From an uncultured Candidatus Saccharibacteria bacterium (GTDB lineage Bacteria; Patescibacteriota; Minisyncoccia; UBA6257), in assembly GCA_964428155.1 (NCBI GenBank), contig CAYRXA010000020.1, positions 1 to 38,814 on the forward strand: a DNA stretch of 38,814 nt, written 5' to 3'. The notes below the pieces were generated by a model, which did no database searches, was not told where the DNA came from, and saw nothing but the letters and a program-made list of their open reading frames with translations. Every line of letters begins with the position of its first letter. Within the stretch, counting starts at the first letter, position 1. Below, piece after piece: positions 1 to 7,808 of this stretch. The translations under genes were made by a program, and so were the position numbers.

Positions 1-1
1 C

Positions 2-112
2 ACAGGCCTTGAATACATTGAAATTGAAGCTCTTCACCTTCCTTGGTGGCAGGAAATCATTCCTGTTTTACCTGATAATTTACAAGGGTTCTTGAGAGGA
101 CTGATTAATTAA
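2..112 (+). CDS. 3' end of an upstream gene, partial, function unknown (...TGLEYIEIEALHLPWWQEIIPVLPDNLQGFLRGLIN*)
   Basis: Open frame from the window edge to TAA at 110-112, followed by a terminator-like hairpin. Confidence 0.55.
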   Translation, partial: TGLEYIEIEALHLPWWQEIIPVLPDNLQGFLRGLIN

Positions 113-117
113 AAGAC

Positions 118-145
118 TTGACAAATTATTTCCATTTGCTATACT
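118..145 (+). promoter_or_regulatory. sigma70-type promoter
   Basis: TTGACA (118-123), 16-nt spacer, TGcTATACT extended -10 (TATACT 140-145). Confidence 0.5.
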
Positions 146-149
146 AAGG

Positions 150-190
150 ATGCTGTCATTTTTGGCTTGCCAAAAGTGGCAGCATTTTTT
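150..190 (+). terminator. Intrinsic terminator hairpin
   Basis: 16-bp stem ATGCTGTCATTTTTGG / CCAAAAGTGGCAGCAT with two G-U pairs, CTTG loop, then T-run. Confidence 0.75.
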
Positions 191-217
191 ATTACAATAT
201 TTTATATTTTATTATTC

Positions 218-246
218 TTGACAAAATAATTATAAAGATTTATAAT
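218..246 (+). promoter_or_regulatory. Perfect consensus sigma70 promoter for the small peptide gene
   Basis: TTGACA (218-223), 17 nt, TATAAT (241-246). Confidence 0.8.
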
Positions 247-304
247 AACGGTAATTAAAACATGTAGTTTGAAAATTTACAAACCAGAAAGGAGGCAAAA
301 AAAA

Positions 305-409
305 ATGAGTAAATTTAGCAAGGGCGCCCCTAAACCTAGTGATGGAAAGGGAGGAAAACCAGGTCATGGAGCACCAAAGAGCCCACGTAGCGGCAAAAAG
401 GGCCAGTAA
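305..409 (+). CDS. 34-aa Gly/Lys/Pro-rich cationic peptide MSKFSKGAPKPSDGKGGKPGHGAPKSPRSGKKGQ (absent from the ORF track)
   Basis: AAGGAGG RBS at 289-295, ATG 305, TAA 407-409; own consensus promoter and terminator; visibly GC-richer than its flanks. Confidence 0.8.
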   Translation: MSKFSKGAPKPSDGKGGKPGHGAPKSPRSGKKGQ

Positions 410-414
410 ATCAA

Positions 415-445
415 AAAAGGGCTTGGTATCTATCCATGCCCTTTT
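415..445 (+). terminator. Intrinsic terminator after the peptide gene
   Basis: AAAAGGGC-tTGG-tatctat-CCAt-GCCCTTTT. Confidence 0.7.
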
Positions 446-501
446 ATATTCCTAGTCATTTTGATATAATATGAGAGTTATAAAATTAATAATTATACAT
501 T

Positions 502-1629
502 GTGAAAGATATTGAATATTATATTTTTATAAAAACTGGATCTGTTTTTGAAACACCAAAGATTAAAGGTATTTCTCATTTTTTAGAGCATATTGTTTTT
601 AATTATTCATTAGAAAAGTTAGGTCTAAATAATTTTTTAGAGGAAAACAATGTTGATATTGAAATAGAAACTCAAGAATATTCAACTATAATTACAGCTT
701 GGCCTTTGGATAAAATTTTATTAAAGAAATTAAGAAAAAAATTAAAATATTTAATATTAAATCCTGAGATTTCAATTGAGGCTCTAGAACAAGAAAAAAA
801 AATAATTAAAGAGGAAATCGCTTACAGAAAAACTCTTCCTGATATATTAGCGCAAGAGTCTTTCTTTTCTTTTGTTTTTAAAAATACTGCCTTAGAAAAA
901 CCTGTTATAGGGAATAAGCAATTTTTGAAAAAAATTAATTTAGCGATGCTTAAAAAATGGCATGAGAGATATTATAGAGAAAACAATTTTGTTGAAATAA
1001 TTTTTGATAGAAAATCAAAAAAAATTCGGTTTTTTCCTAACAAATTATCTCCTCGTATTTCTCCTATTATTTCTCCTGTACAAAGAAAAGAATTTCAAAA
1101 AGTGTCGAAAAAAATAATTAATAAAGGTTTGGCGTCTCACATAGTAACTTTAGGATGGCTGTTAAAAAATCCTAGCAAAAAAGAAAGAACTATTCTGGAT
1201 GTTTTTAGAAGGGTTCTTGGGTCAATGAATCAGTCTTTTATTTCTAGTATTTTGATCCAAAAAGAACATCTTATTTATAAAGGTGAAGCATTTTTGGAAC
1301 ATTACAAGGGATTAAGCTTTTTAGGGCTTCAATTTTTTACTACTCAGCCCAATAACTGTTTAAAAAAAATAGAACAATATAATACAAAGTTGCTCAATGG
1401 TAAAATAGATAAAAATATTTTTTCCATTGCTCAAAAATTAGAGATTGAATATTTTCAAGAACCTCAGGATTTTATGCCTTATATTTTAGGAAAAGAATTT
1501 ATGTCAACCGATGATTTTCTTTTACCCGAAGAAAGAATAAAAATATTAAAAAGTATATCCTATAATAATTTTTATCAATGTATAAAGAAATTATTTTCTA
1601 AGGGTCAATTTTTAACAATAGTAAAATAA
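502..1629 (+). CDS. M16 (insulinase/pitrilysin) family zinc peptidase, divergent
   Basis: KTGS..E...GISHFLEH (HxxEH inverted zincin motif), downstream EKKIIKEE, PVIG and WHERYY segments; GTG start; TGaTATAAT extended -10 at 462-470. Confidence 0.85.
   Translation: MKDIEYYIFIKTGSVFETPKIKGISHFLEHIVFNYSLEKLGLNNFLEENNVDIEIETQEYSTIITAWPLDKILLKKLRKKLKYLILNPEISIEALEQEKKIIKEEIAYRKTLPDILAQESFFSFVFKNTALEKPVIGNKQFLKKINLAMLKKWHERYYRENNFVEIIFDRKSKKIRFFPNKLSPRISPIISPVQRKEFQKVSKKIINKGLASHIVTLGWLLKNPSKKERTILDVFRRVLGSMNQSFISSILIQKEHLIYKGEAFLEHYKGLSFLGLQFFTTQPNNCLKKIEQYNTKLLNGKIDKNIFSIAQKLEIEYFQEPQDFMPYILGKEFMSTDDFLLPEERIKILKSISYNNFYQCIKKLFSKGQFLTIVK
1045..1080 (+). repeat. 12-nt period tandem repeat encoding SPRI-SPII-SPV in the peptidase linker
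   Basis: TCTCCT at 1048, 1060 and 1072. Confidence 0.6.
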
Positions 1630-1652
1630 TTTTTTAATATTTTTATTATATT

Positions 1653-1703
1653 AAAGACGCTGCTTCTCAATGATTTTATTTTAATAAATAGCGGCATCTT
1701 TTT
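1653..1703 (+). terminator. Imperfect terminator-like inverted repeat after the M16 gene
   Basis: AAAGACGCTGCT ... AGCGGCATCTTT plus T-run, 25-nt AT-rich loop. Confidence 0.45.
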
Positions 1704-1804
1704 AATTTAACGACATCAGAGATTTTTAAATTGATTATTATTTTGTTTTATATTTATATTTTTTTCTGGTATGATATAGTTATTAAAAATAAGATTTTAA
1801 AATT

Positions 1805-2467
1805 ATGCTTAATCTAAGAGAGGTTAAGAAAAATCCTCAAGTTCTAGAATTTATTCAACAATCAGATGACGCTTTAGCTGCTTCTGGTTATACTGAACAT
1901 AGTCTTTCTCATGCTGATTTTGTTGCTGAACGAGCAAGGTTTATTGCAAAAGAAATCGGGCTTTCAGAACGAGAACAAGAATTGTCGTCTATTGCCGGGT
2001 TTTGTCATGATATGGGCAATTTTTTAAGCAGAAGCCATCATCATTATCTTGGGGCTTTGTTATTCCATCAAATTTTTCAACAAGATTTTTCTCCAAAAGA
2101 ATTAGCTATAATTACTCAGGCTATTTCTAGCCACGATAAAGATGAGATGAAATTTTCAGCCCCAATTTCTGCCATTGTTGTTTTGGCTGATAAAACAGAT
2201 GTTCGTCGTTCCAGAGTTGTTAATAAAAAGAAACATAGAATTATGGAAGATATTCATGATCGAGTTAATTATGCAACTACAATTTCTAATATTAGGATTG
2301 ATAAAAAAAAGAAATTAATTACTTCAGTTTTAAAAATTGATTCTAATTTTGTGCCGGTTATGGAGTATTTTGAAATTTTTACTGATAGAATGATTTATTG
2401 TAGGAAAGCAGCTGAATTCTTAGGGTATAAGTTTGGATTGATAATTAATAATTTTAAGTTACTTTAA
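1805..2467 (+). CDS. HD-domain metal-dependent phosphohydrolase
   Basis: TEHSLSH...CHDMG...HD...LADK motif pattern. Confidence 0.85.
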   Translation: MLNLREVKKNPQVLEFIQQSDDALAASGYTEHSLSHADFVAERARFIAKEIGLSEREQELSSIAGFCHDMGNFLSRSHHHYLGALLFHQIFQQDFSPKELAIITQAISSHDKDEMKFSAPISAIVVLADKTDVRRSRVVNKKKHRIMEDIHDRVNYATTISNIRIDKKKKLITSVLKIDSNFVPVMEYFEIFTDRMIYCRKAAEFLGYKFGLIINNFKLL

Positions 2468-2472
2468 TTTAG

Positions 2473-3189
2473 ATGAGTAATCTTTTTATTGTTGCTACTC
2501 CAATTGGAAACTTGGAAGATATTTCTTTGCGGGCGATTAGAATTTTAAAAGAAGTTGATTTAATCCTGTGTGAAGATACAAGAGTAACAAGAAAATTATT
2601 ATCTCGTTATAATATTGAAACACCTGTTCTTAGCTATCACCAGCACTCATCAATTAAAAAAATGGAACAGATTAAATCATTAATTGAGGAAGGAAAGAAT
2701 TTGGCTTTAGTTTCTGATTCTGGAACTCCAGGAATTTCTGATCCTGGCAATAAATTGATAAGTTTTTTAATTAATGAAGGCAGTTCTTTAACAAATTTAG
2801 AAGATATTGATCTTAAAATTATTCCAATACCTGGTTGTTCAGCTTTATTATCCGCAGCTTGTATTTCTGGTTTTCCTATAGATAAATTTACTTTTTTAGG
2901 TTTTCCTCCTAATAAAAATAAAAGAAATCGATTTTTTAAAGAGCTAACTTATCAATTACAAACTTTTCAACATCCGGTTATTTTTTATGAATCTTCTCAT
3001 CGAATTCTTAAAACCTTGGAAGAAATTTATAATAAAGACCCTGATTCAAATTATAAAATGGTAGTTTGCCGAGAATTAACTAAGAAATTTGAGACAACTT
3101 ATAGAGGAACGATAAAAGAAGTGATTGAAAAAATAAAACATGATAAAATAAAAGGGGAATTTACGATAATAATTTATCAAAATAAATAA
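2473..3189 (+). CDS. rsmI: 16S rRNA (cytidine1402-2'-O)-methyltransferase
   Basis: VATPIGNLEDIS, CEDTR, SDSGTPGISDPG, RELTKKFE motifs. Confidence 0.95.
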   Translation: MSNLFIVATPIGNLEDISLRAIRILKEVDLILCEDTRVTRKLLSRYNIETPVLSYHQHSSIKKMEQIKSLIEEGKNLALVSDSGTPGISDPGNKLISFLINEGSSLTNLEDIDLKIIPIPGCSALLSAACISGFPIDKFTFLGFPPNKNKRNRFFKELTYQLQTFQHPVIFYESSHRILKTLEEIYNKDPDSNYKMVVCRELTKKFETTYRGTIKEVIEKIKHDKIKGEFTIIIYQNK

Positions 3190-3194
3190 TATTT

Positions 3195-4088
3195 ATGGAA
3201 AAATTAATCATTGGAGATGATTTAGGGAGAGCATTAAGTCAAGAGCTTAATTTGCCATTTGTTTCTGTTGAAGACAGAGTTTTTGCTGATGGCGAAATAC
3301 AGCCTCGCTTAGAAAAGGAAGAAAAAGCTCAAGAAGTTATTTTAATTATTCAAAAAAAACAAAAAGAAGATATAAATGCTTATTTAATAAAATATTTTTT
3401 ATTATTAAGAAAGATAAAAGAATTTGCTGAAAAAACAATTGCTATTATGCCTTATTTGCCATATGCTCGTCAGGATTCTATTTTTCGAGAAGGAGAGCCT
3501 CTTTCTTCTCTTTATGTGGCAGAATTAATAGAAGAAAATGCAGATATATTTATTACTTGTAATATGCATGAACATAGAAAGAAAATTGGAGATTTGTTTA
3601 AAATTCCAGCTTATAATATTTTTGTTTTTGAAGATATGGCAGAAAAATTTAAAGATTTTTTGCCTTCAGATTCAGTAGTCATTGGCCCTGATGAAGAAGC
3701 CAAGGCATTTGTTGATAATTTTTGTAAAAATTTTCTAGCAGCTAAGATAGTTATTAAAAAAACTAGAGATTTTAAAACAGGGAAAATAAATTTTATTTAT
3801 CCAGAGGAAATGGCAGAAAGATTAAAAGAAAAAGATGTTATTATTGTTGATGATATCATTTCTACTGGCAATACTATTTTAGAAACAGCACAGGCAATAA
3901 AAACATTTCAACCAAAAACAATTAGCTTCGCTTTTGTTCATTCTATTTTTGGTGATAAAGCAATAGATCAATTAGCTGTTGTTAATCCTAAAAAAATAGT
4001 GTTTACTAATACTCTAGAAAATTCTTATTATACAGTTGATATTGTTAAGTCTTTGGCAAGAAATCTTTTAGAAAAGAAAATTATTTAA
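3195..4088 (+). CDS. prs: Ribose-phosphate pyrophosphokinase family protein (AMP phosphorylase-associated type)
   Basis: FADGE, PYLPYARQD, GPD, and VDDIISTGNT PRPP-binding loop. Confidence 0.8.
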   Translation: MEKLIIGDDLGRALSQELNLPFVSVEDRVFADGEIQPRLEKEEKAQEVILIIQKKQKEDINAYLIKYFLLLRKIKEFAEKTIAIMPYLPYARQDSIFREGEPLSSLYVAELIEENADIFITCNMHEHRKKIGDLFKIPAYNIFVFEDMAEKFKDFLPSDSVVIGPDEEAKAFVDNFCKNFLAAKIVIKKTRDFKTGKINFIYPEEMAERLKEKDVIIVDDIISTGNTILETAQAIKTFQPKTISFAFVHSIFGDKAIDQLAVVNPKKIVFTNTLENSYYTVDIVKSLARNLLEKKII

Positions 4089-4113
4089 TAATAAAAAAAT
4101 TAAAAAGACTAGA

Positions 4114-5643
4114 ATGAAAAAAAAGAAGAATAATTTAAAAAAGAACAATTCTTTTTTACTTAAAGTAAAATATTTAGATATTAAAACAGGTTATCCTTGG
4201 ATTGCTATAATTCATGAGCAAGATGGAGAAAATTTTGGTGTTAGACCAGGCGATCAATTAGAATTGAAATGGAAAAATAAAAAGACAGAAATAGCAATTG
4301 ATACAACAAAAAGTTTAGTTAAGAAAGGAGAAATAGGGCTTTTTCGAGATATTACTAATAGATACAAAATTAAAAAAGGAGAGTTGTTAGAATTAAGGCT
4401 TTCAGGGCATGCTCCTTCTTTGAAAACGATTCATAAAAAACTTGATGAAAAGAAAATTACATATGATGAAATTTCTTCTTTAGTTTCTGATATTGCTCGA
4501 TACAGAATCAGTGATTTAGAATTGGCTTTTTTTATTGCTTCAGCGTTTGATAAAAAGAACTTTTCAAAAGAAGAGATTTATTATTTAACAAAAGCAATTA
4601 GTGAAACAGGAGAAATGATAAAATTTGGTGATATTGTGGCAGATAAACATTCAATCGGGGGTATTCCTGGAAATCGTATTACCCCAATAATAATTTCTAT
4701 TGTTGCTAGTTGTGGAGTAATAATTCCTAAAACCTCTTCTCGAGCAATTACTTCAGCAGCAGGAACAGCTGATACTATGGAAGTTTTGGCCCCAGTTGGT
4801 TTTACTTCAAAAGAAATAAAGAAGATTGTTAAGAAAACAAATGGTTGTTTAATTTGGGGAGGAGCTCTAAGATTGGCTCCAGCAGATGATAGGTTTATTG
4901 AAATTACACGTCGTTTAGGAAGAGAGCCTTATTCAAAAATGGTAGTTAGTATTATGTCAAAACAAGTAGCAACAGGAATTAATCGTTTAGTAATTGATAT
5001 GCCTGTTGGTCCAACAGCAAAAATTCATGATCCCAAAGAAATCCGTTTTGTAAAAAATCTTTTTCTTTATTTATCTAAAAGATTTAAAATGAAAACAAAA
5101 ATTATTGTTTCTAAAACAATGGGTCCTATTGGTCGTGGTATTGGTCCTTGCTTAGAGGCAAGAGATGTAATGAGGGTTTTGCAACAAAAAGAAAAAAGGC
5201 CAAAGGATTTAGAAAAAAAAGCAATTTTACTTTCAGGTCATTTATTAGAATTGGCAGGTAAAGTTAAAAAAGGAAATGGTCAAAAAATGGCATTAGAATC
5301 TTTGGAGTCAGGAAAAGCATTAAAAAAAATGCGCGAAATAATAAAAGCCCAAGGAGGAAATTCTAATATTGATTCTGAAGAGATTAATTTAGGCAAAGTT
5401 TCTTGGGAATTAAAATCTTCAAAAGAAGGTTTAATAAAATCAATAGATAACAAAAATTTGAATAAAATTTGCAGATTATTGGGGTCTCCTTCAACTAAGC
5501 AAGCAGGTGTTTATTTAGATAAAACTATTGGAGAAAAAGTGAAGAGAAAAGAAGCTCTTTGTACTTTTTATACCAATAGTAACCAAAGATTAGTTTTAGC
5601 AAAGCATGCTTTACAAAAATTAGGACTATATACAATTAATTAG
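4114..5643 (+). CDS. AMP/nucleoside-monophosphate phosphorylase (archaeal-type thymidine phosphorylase family)
   Basis: DKHSIGGIPGN, PKTSSRAITSAAGTADTMEV, GIGPxLEA motifs; extra ~90-aa N-terminal domain; ~510 aa. Confidence 0.9.
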   Translation: MKKKKNNLKKNNSFLLKVKYLDIKTGYPWIAIIHEQDGENFGVRPGDQLELKWKNKKTEIAIDTTKSLVKKGEIGLFRDITNRYKIKKGELLELRLSGHAPSLKTIHKKLDEKKITYDEISSLVSDIARYRISDLELAFFIASAFDKKNFSKEEIYYLTKAISETGEMIKFGDIVADKHSIGGIPGNRITPIIISIVASCGVIIPKTSSRAITSAAGTADTMEVLAPVGFTSKEIKKIVKKTNGCLIWGGALRLAPADDRFIEITRRLGREPYSKMVVSIMSKQVATGINRLVIDMPVGPTAKIHDPKEIRFVKNLFLYLSKRFKMKTKIIVSKTMGPIGRGIGPCLEARDVMRVLQQKEKRPKDLEKKAILLSGHLLELAGKVKKGNGQKMALESLESGKALKKMREIIKAQGGNSNIDSEEINLGKVSWELKSSKEGLIKSIDNKNLNKICRLLGSPSTKQAGVYLDKTIGEKVKRKEALCTFYTNSNQRLVLAKHALQKLGLYTIN

Positions 5644-5711
5644 AATTGTAAAATTAATAATGGTATAATAATTAAAAGCCGTGGGTCAATAATTTAAAAT
5701 AATAAAAATAT

Positions 5712-6080
5712 ATGATTTGGATAATTTATCTTTTTATTGCTTTATGGACGATTATCGGTATTTTAGCTTTATTTGTACCAAAGACAGCCAAAGGTTTTAT
5801 GTTAAAGGTTTCTCATAGTGGTCCTTTTTGGCTTTGGGGAATAATAGCATTAGTAATAGGTTATTTGTTTTGGCAATCTACAGCATTAGTAAGTAAGGGT
5901 TTAGTCATGCAGATTTTAGCTGTTATTGCTATCATCAAGGGGTTAACCTTTTTGTTTGTACCAAAAGGTACAGTTAACAGAATATTAAATTATTGGATGA
6001 ATATTTCTGATATTGCTTTTAGGGTTTTTGGCTTAGTGTTATTGATTTTTGTTTATTATCTTTTTCAGATTCTAGTTTAA
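5712..6080 (+). CDS. Small four-helix membrane protein (possibly DUF2065-like)
   Basis: Four hydrophobic segments with internal repeat G..LFVPK; TGgTATAAT at 5661-5669. Confidence 0.65.
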   Translation: MIWIIYLFIALWTIIGILALFVPKTAKGFMLKVSHSGPFWLWGIIALVIGYLFWQSTALVSKGLVMQILAVIAIIKGLTFLFVPKGTVNRILNYWMNISDIAFRVFGLVLLIFVYYLFQILV

Positions 6081-6109
6081 GATTAGATAAGATTAATTCT
6101 AACTAAAGG

Positions 6110-6138
6110 AACAGCAGGCATTAATACCTGCTGTTTTT
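6110..6138 (+). terminator. Intrinsic terminator
   Basis: AACAGCAGG-8 nt-CCTGCTGTT followed by TTT. Confidence 0.75.
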
Positions 6139-6189
6139 ATTATTCTAAAAAAATGTTATACTAATAAATCTTAAATTGTTTTATTTTTT

Positions 6190-6810
6190 ATGTTTTCACA
6201 AGTACCATTAATTTTTCAACTTATAATTTTATTATTTTCTGTTATTATCCATGAAGTCTTTCATGGATTGGCTGCTTTGCATCTTGGTGATGATACAGCA
6301 GAAAAGATGGGGCGTTTAACTTTAAATCCAATAAAACATTTAGACCCAATTGGCTCAGTTCTTTTGCCGCTAATGTTAGTAATTATAAATACTGGTTTTA
6401 TTTTTGGCTGGGCAAAGCCAGTGCCTTATAATCCTTTAAAACTTAAAGACCCACGACGAGACACTGCTTTGTTAGCCTTTTCTGGTCCTTTGGCTAATTT
6501 CTCTCTAGCTTTATTTTTTGGCTTGATCACAAGAGTTATATTAATAACCTCGTCTTTTATCTCTCTATTGCCTTATTTGATGTTTATAGTTTGGATTAAT
6601 TTAATTTTAGGGATTTTTAATTTAATGCCAATTCCTCCTTTAGATGGATCAAAAATCTTGTTTTATTTTTTTCCTTCCCGCGAACTTGAAATGATTCTTT
6701 CTCAATATGGTATTATTATTCTTCTCTTTTTTATAATGTTTGCTGGCAGTATTATTTTGCCTTTAGTAATGATTTTTTTCTCCTTATTTACAGGAATTCC
6801 TTTAAATTAA
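6190..6810 (+). CDS. Site-2 protease family (M50) intramembrane metalloprotease
   Basis: HEVFH, GRLTLNP, GWAKPVP, GP..N, NLMPIPPLDG motifs. Confidence 0.93.
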   Translation: MFSQVPLIFQLIILLFSVIIHEVFHGLAALHLGDDTAEKMGRLTLNPIKHLDPIGSVLLPLMLVIINTGFIFGWAKPVPYNPLKLKDPRRDTALLAFSGPLANFSLALFFGLITRVILITSSFISLLPYLMFIVWINLILGIFNLMPIPPLDGSKILFYFFPSRELEMILSQYGIIILLFFIMFAGSIILPLVMIFFSLFTGIPLN

Positions 6811-6824
6811 AAACTCTATTGGGG

Positions 6825-6853
6825 TTGACGTAAACCCTCTTATTTGCTAAACT
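6825..6853 (+). promoter_or_regulatory. Promoter of the str/S10 operon
   Basis: TTGACG, 17 nt, TAAACT with TG extension. Confidence 0.6.
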
Positions 6854-6912
6854 TAGCGCAGTTATCTTTTTTATTATTTTAAATTAACGCTCTTTATCAT
6901 TTTATTTATGTT

Positions 6913-7323
6913 ATGCCGACTTTAAATCAACTAATTAAAAACAAGAGGAAGCCTATAACAAAAAAGAGCAAATCAGTTGCTCTGTCTTTTTCTTTTAATG
7001 TAATTAAGAATCGACCGACTCATCATGGCTCTCCTTTAAAAAAAGGTGTTTGCTTGAAAGTCTTTACTACTCCTCCTAAAAAACCAAACTCAGCTTTGAG
7101 AAAAGTTGCTCGAGTTAAATTAAGTAATGGAATGGAAGTTACTGCTTATATCCCTGGAGAAGGGCATAATTTACAAGAACATTCAATTGTTTTAGTTAGA
7201 GGAGGCAGGGTAAAAGATTTACCAGGAGTTCGTTATCATGTAGTTCGTGGTAAATATGATTCTCTTGGAGTTGAAGGAAGAAAACAGCAAAGAAGTAAGT
7301 ATGGTACTAAAAAAGGAAAATAA
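6913..7323 (+). CDS. rpsL: 30S ribosomal protein uS12
   Basis: [26 protein letters not shown]. Confidence 0.99.
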   Translation: MPTLNQLIKNKRKPITKKSKSVALSFSFNVIKNRPTHHGSPLKKGVCLKVFTTPPKKPNSALRKVARVKLSNGMEVTAYIPGEGHNLQEHSIVLVRGGRVKDLPGVRYHVVRGKYDSLGVEGRKQQRSKYGTKKGK

Positions 7324-7331
7324 TATTTACC

Positions 7332-7799
7332 ATGAGAAGAAAACATAGAAAAGAAAAAAAATATGAGCCAGATTTAATTTATAAAAGCGCTTTAGCAACA
7401 CGCTTTGTTCACTATTTAATGAGAGATGGAAAAAAATCTACAGCTCAAAGAGTTTTTTATAAAGCAATGGAGGCTATTAAAAAAGAAATAAAACAAGAAC
7501 CGCTAGATGTTTTTAATTTAGCTATTAAAAATGTGTCTCCAGAATTAGAGGTTAAGAGCAAAAGGATTGGAGGGGCAAATTATCAAGTTCCTCAAGCAGT
7601 TCCTGAATATCGTAAAATTACTTTAGCTTGTCGTTGGTTAATAGGTGTAACTCGAGCTAAAAAAGGAAAATCAATGGCAGAAAGGTTGGCTGAAGAATTA
7701 ATTTTGGCTTCTAAAAACGAAGGAGCAGCAATTAAAAAGAAATTGGATACTCATCGAATAGCAGAGTCCAATCGGGCCTTTGCTCGTTTTAGTTTTTAA
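7332..7799 (+). CDS. rpsG: 30S ribosomal protein uS7
   Basis: GKKSTA, RIGGANYQVP, AESNRAFA. Confidence 0.99.
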   Translation: MRRKHRKEKKYEPDLIYKSALATRFVHYLMRDGKKSTAQRVFYKAMEAIKKEIKQEPLDVFNLAIKNVSPELEVKSKRIGGANYQVPQAVPEYRKITLACRWLIGVTRAKKGKSMAERLAEELILASKNEGAAIKKKLDTHRIAESNRAFARFSF

Positions 7800-7808
7800 A
7801 TTAATATT

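Noticed and set aside
471-515. Short ORF MRVIKLIIIHCERY as a possible frameshifted N-terminus of the M16 peptidase
   Set aside because: Its ATG abuts the -10 box, there is no RBS or slippery site, and similarity to the M16 N-terminus is unconvincing
4114-5643. Ordinary thymidine phosphorylase DeoA
   Set aside because: Length, N-terminal extra domain and the KTSSRAITS motif fit the AMP phosphorylase subfamily rather than the SGRGLGHTGGT type
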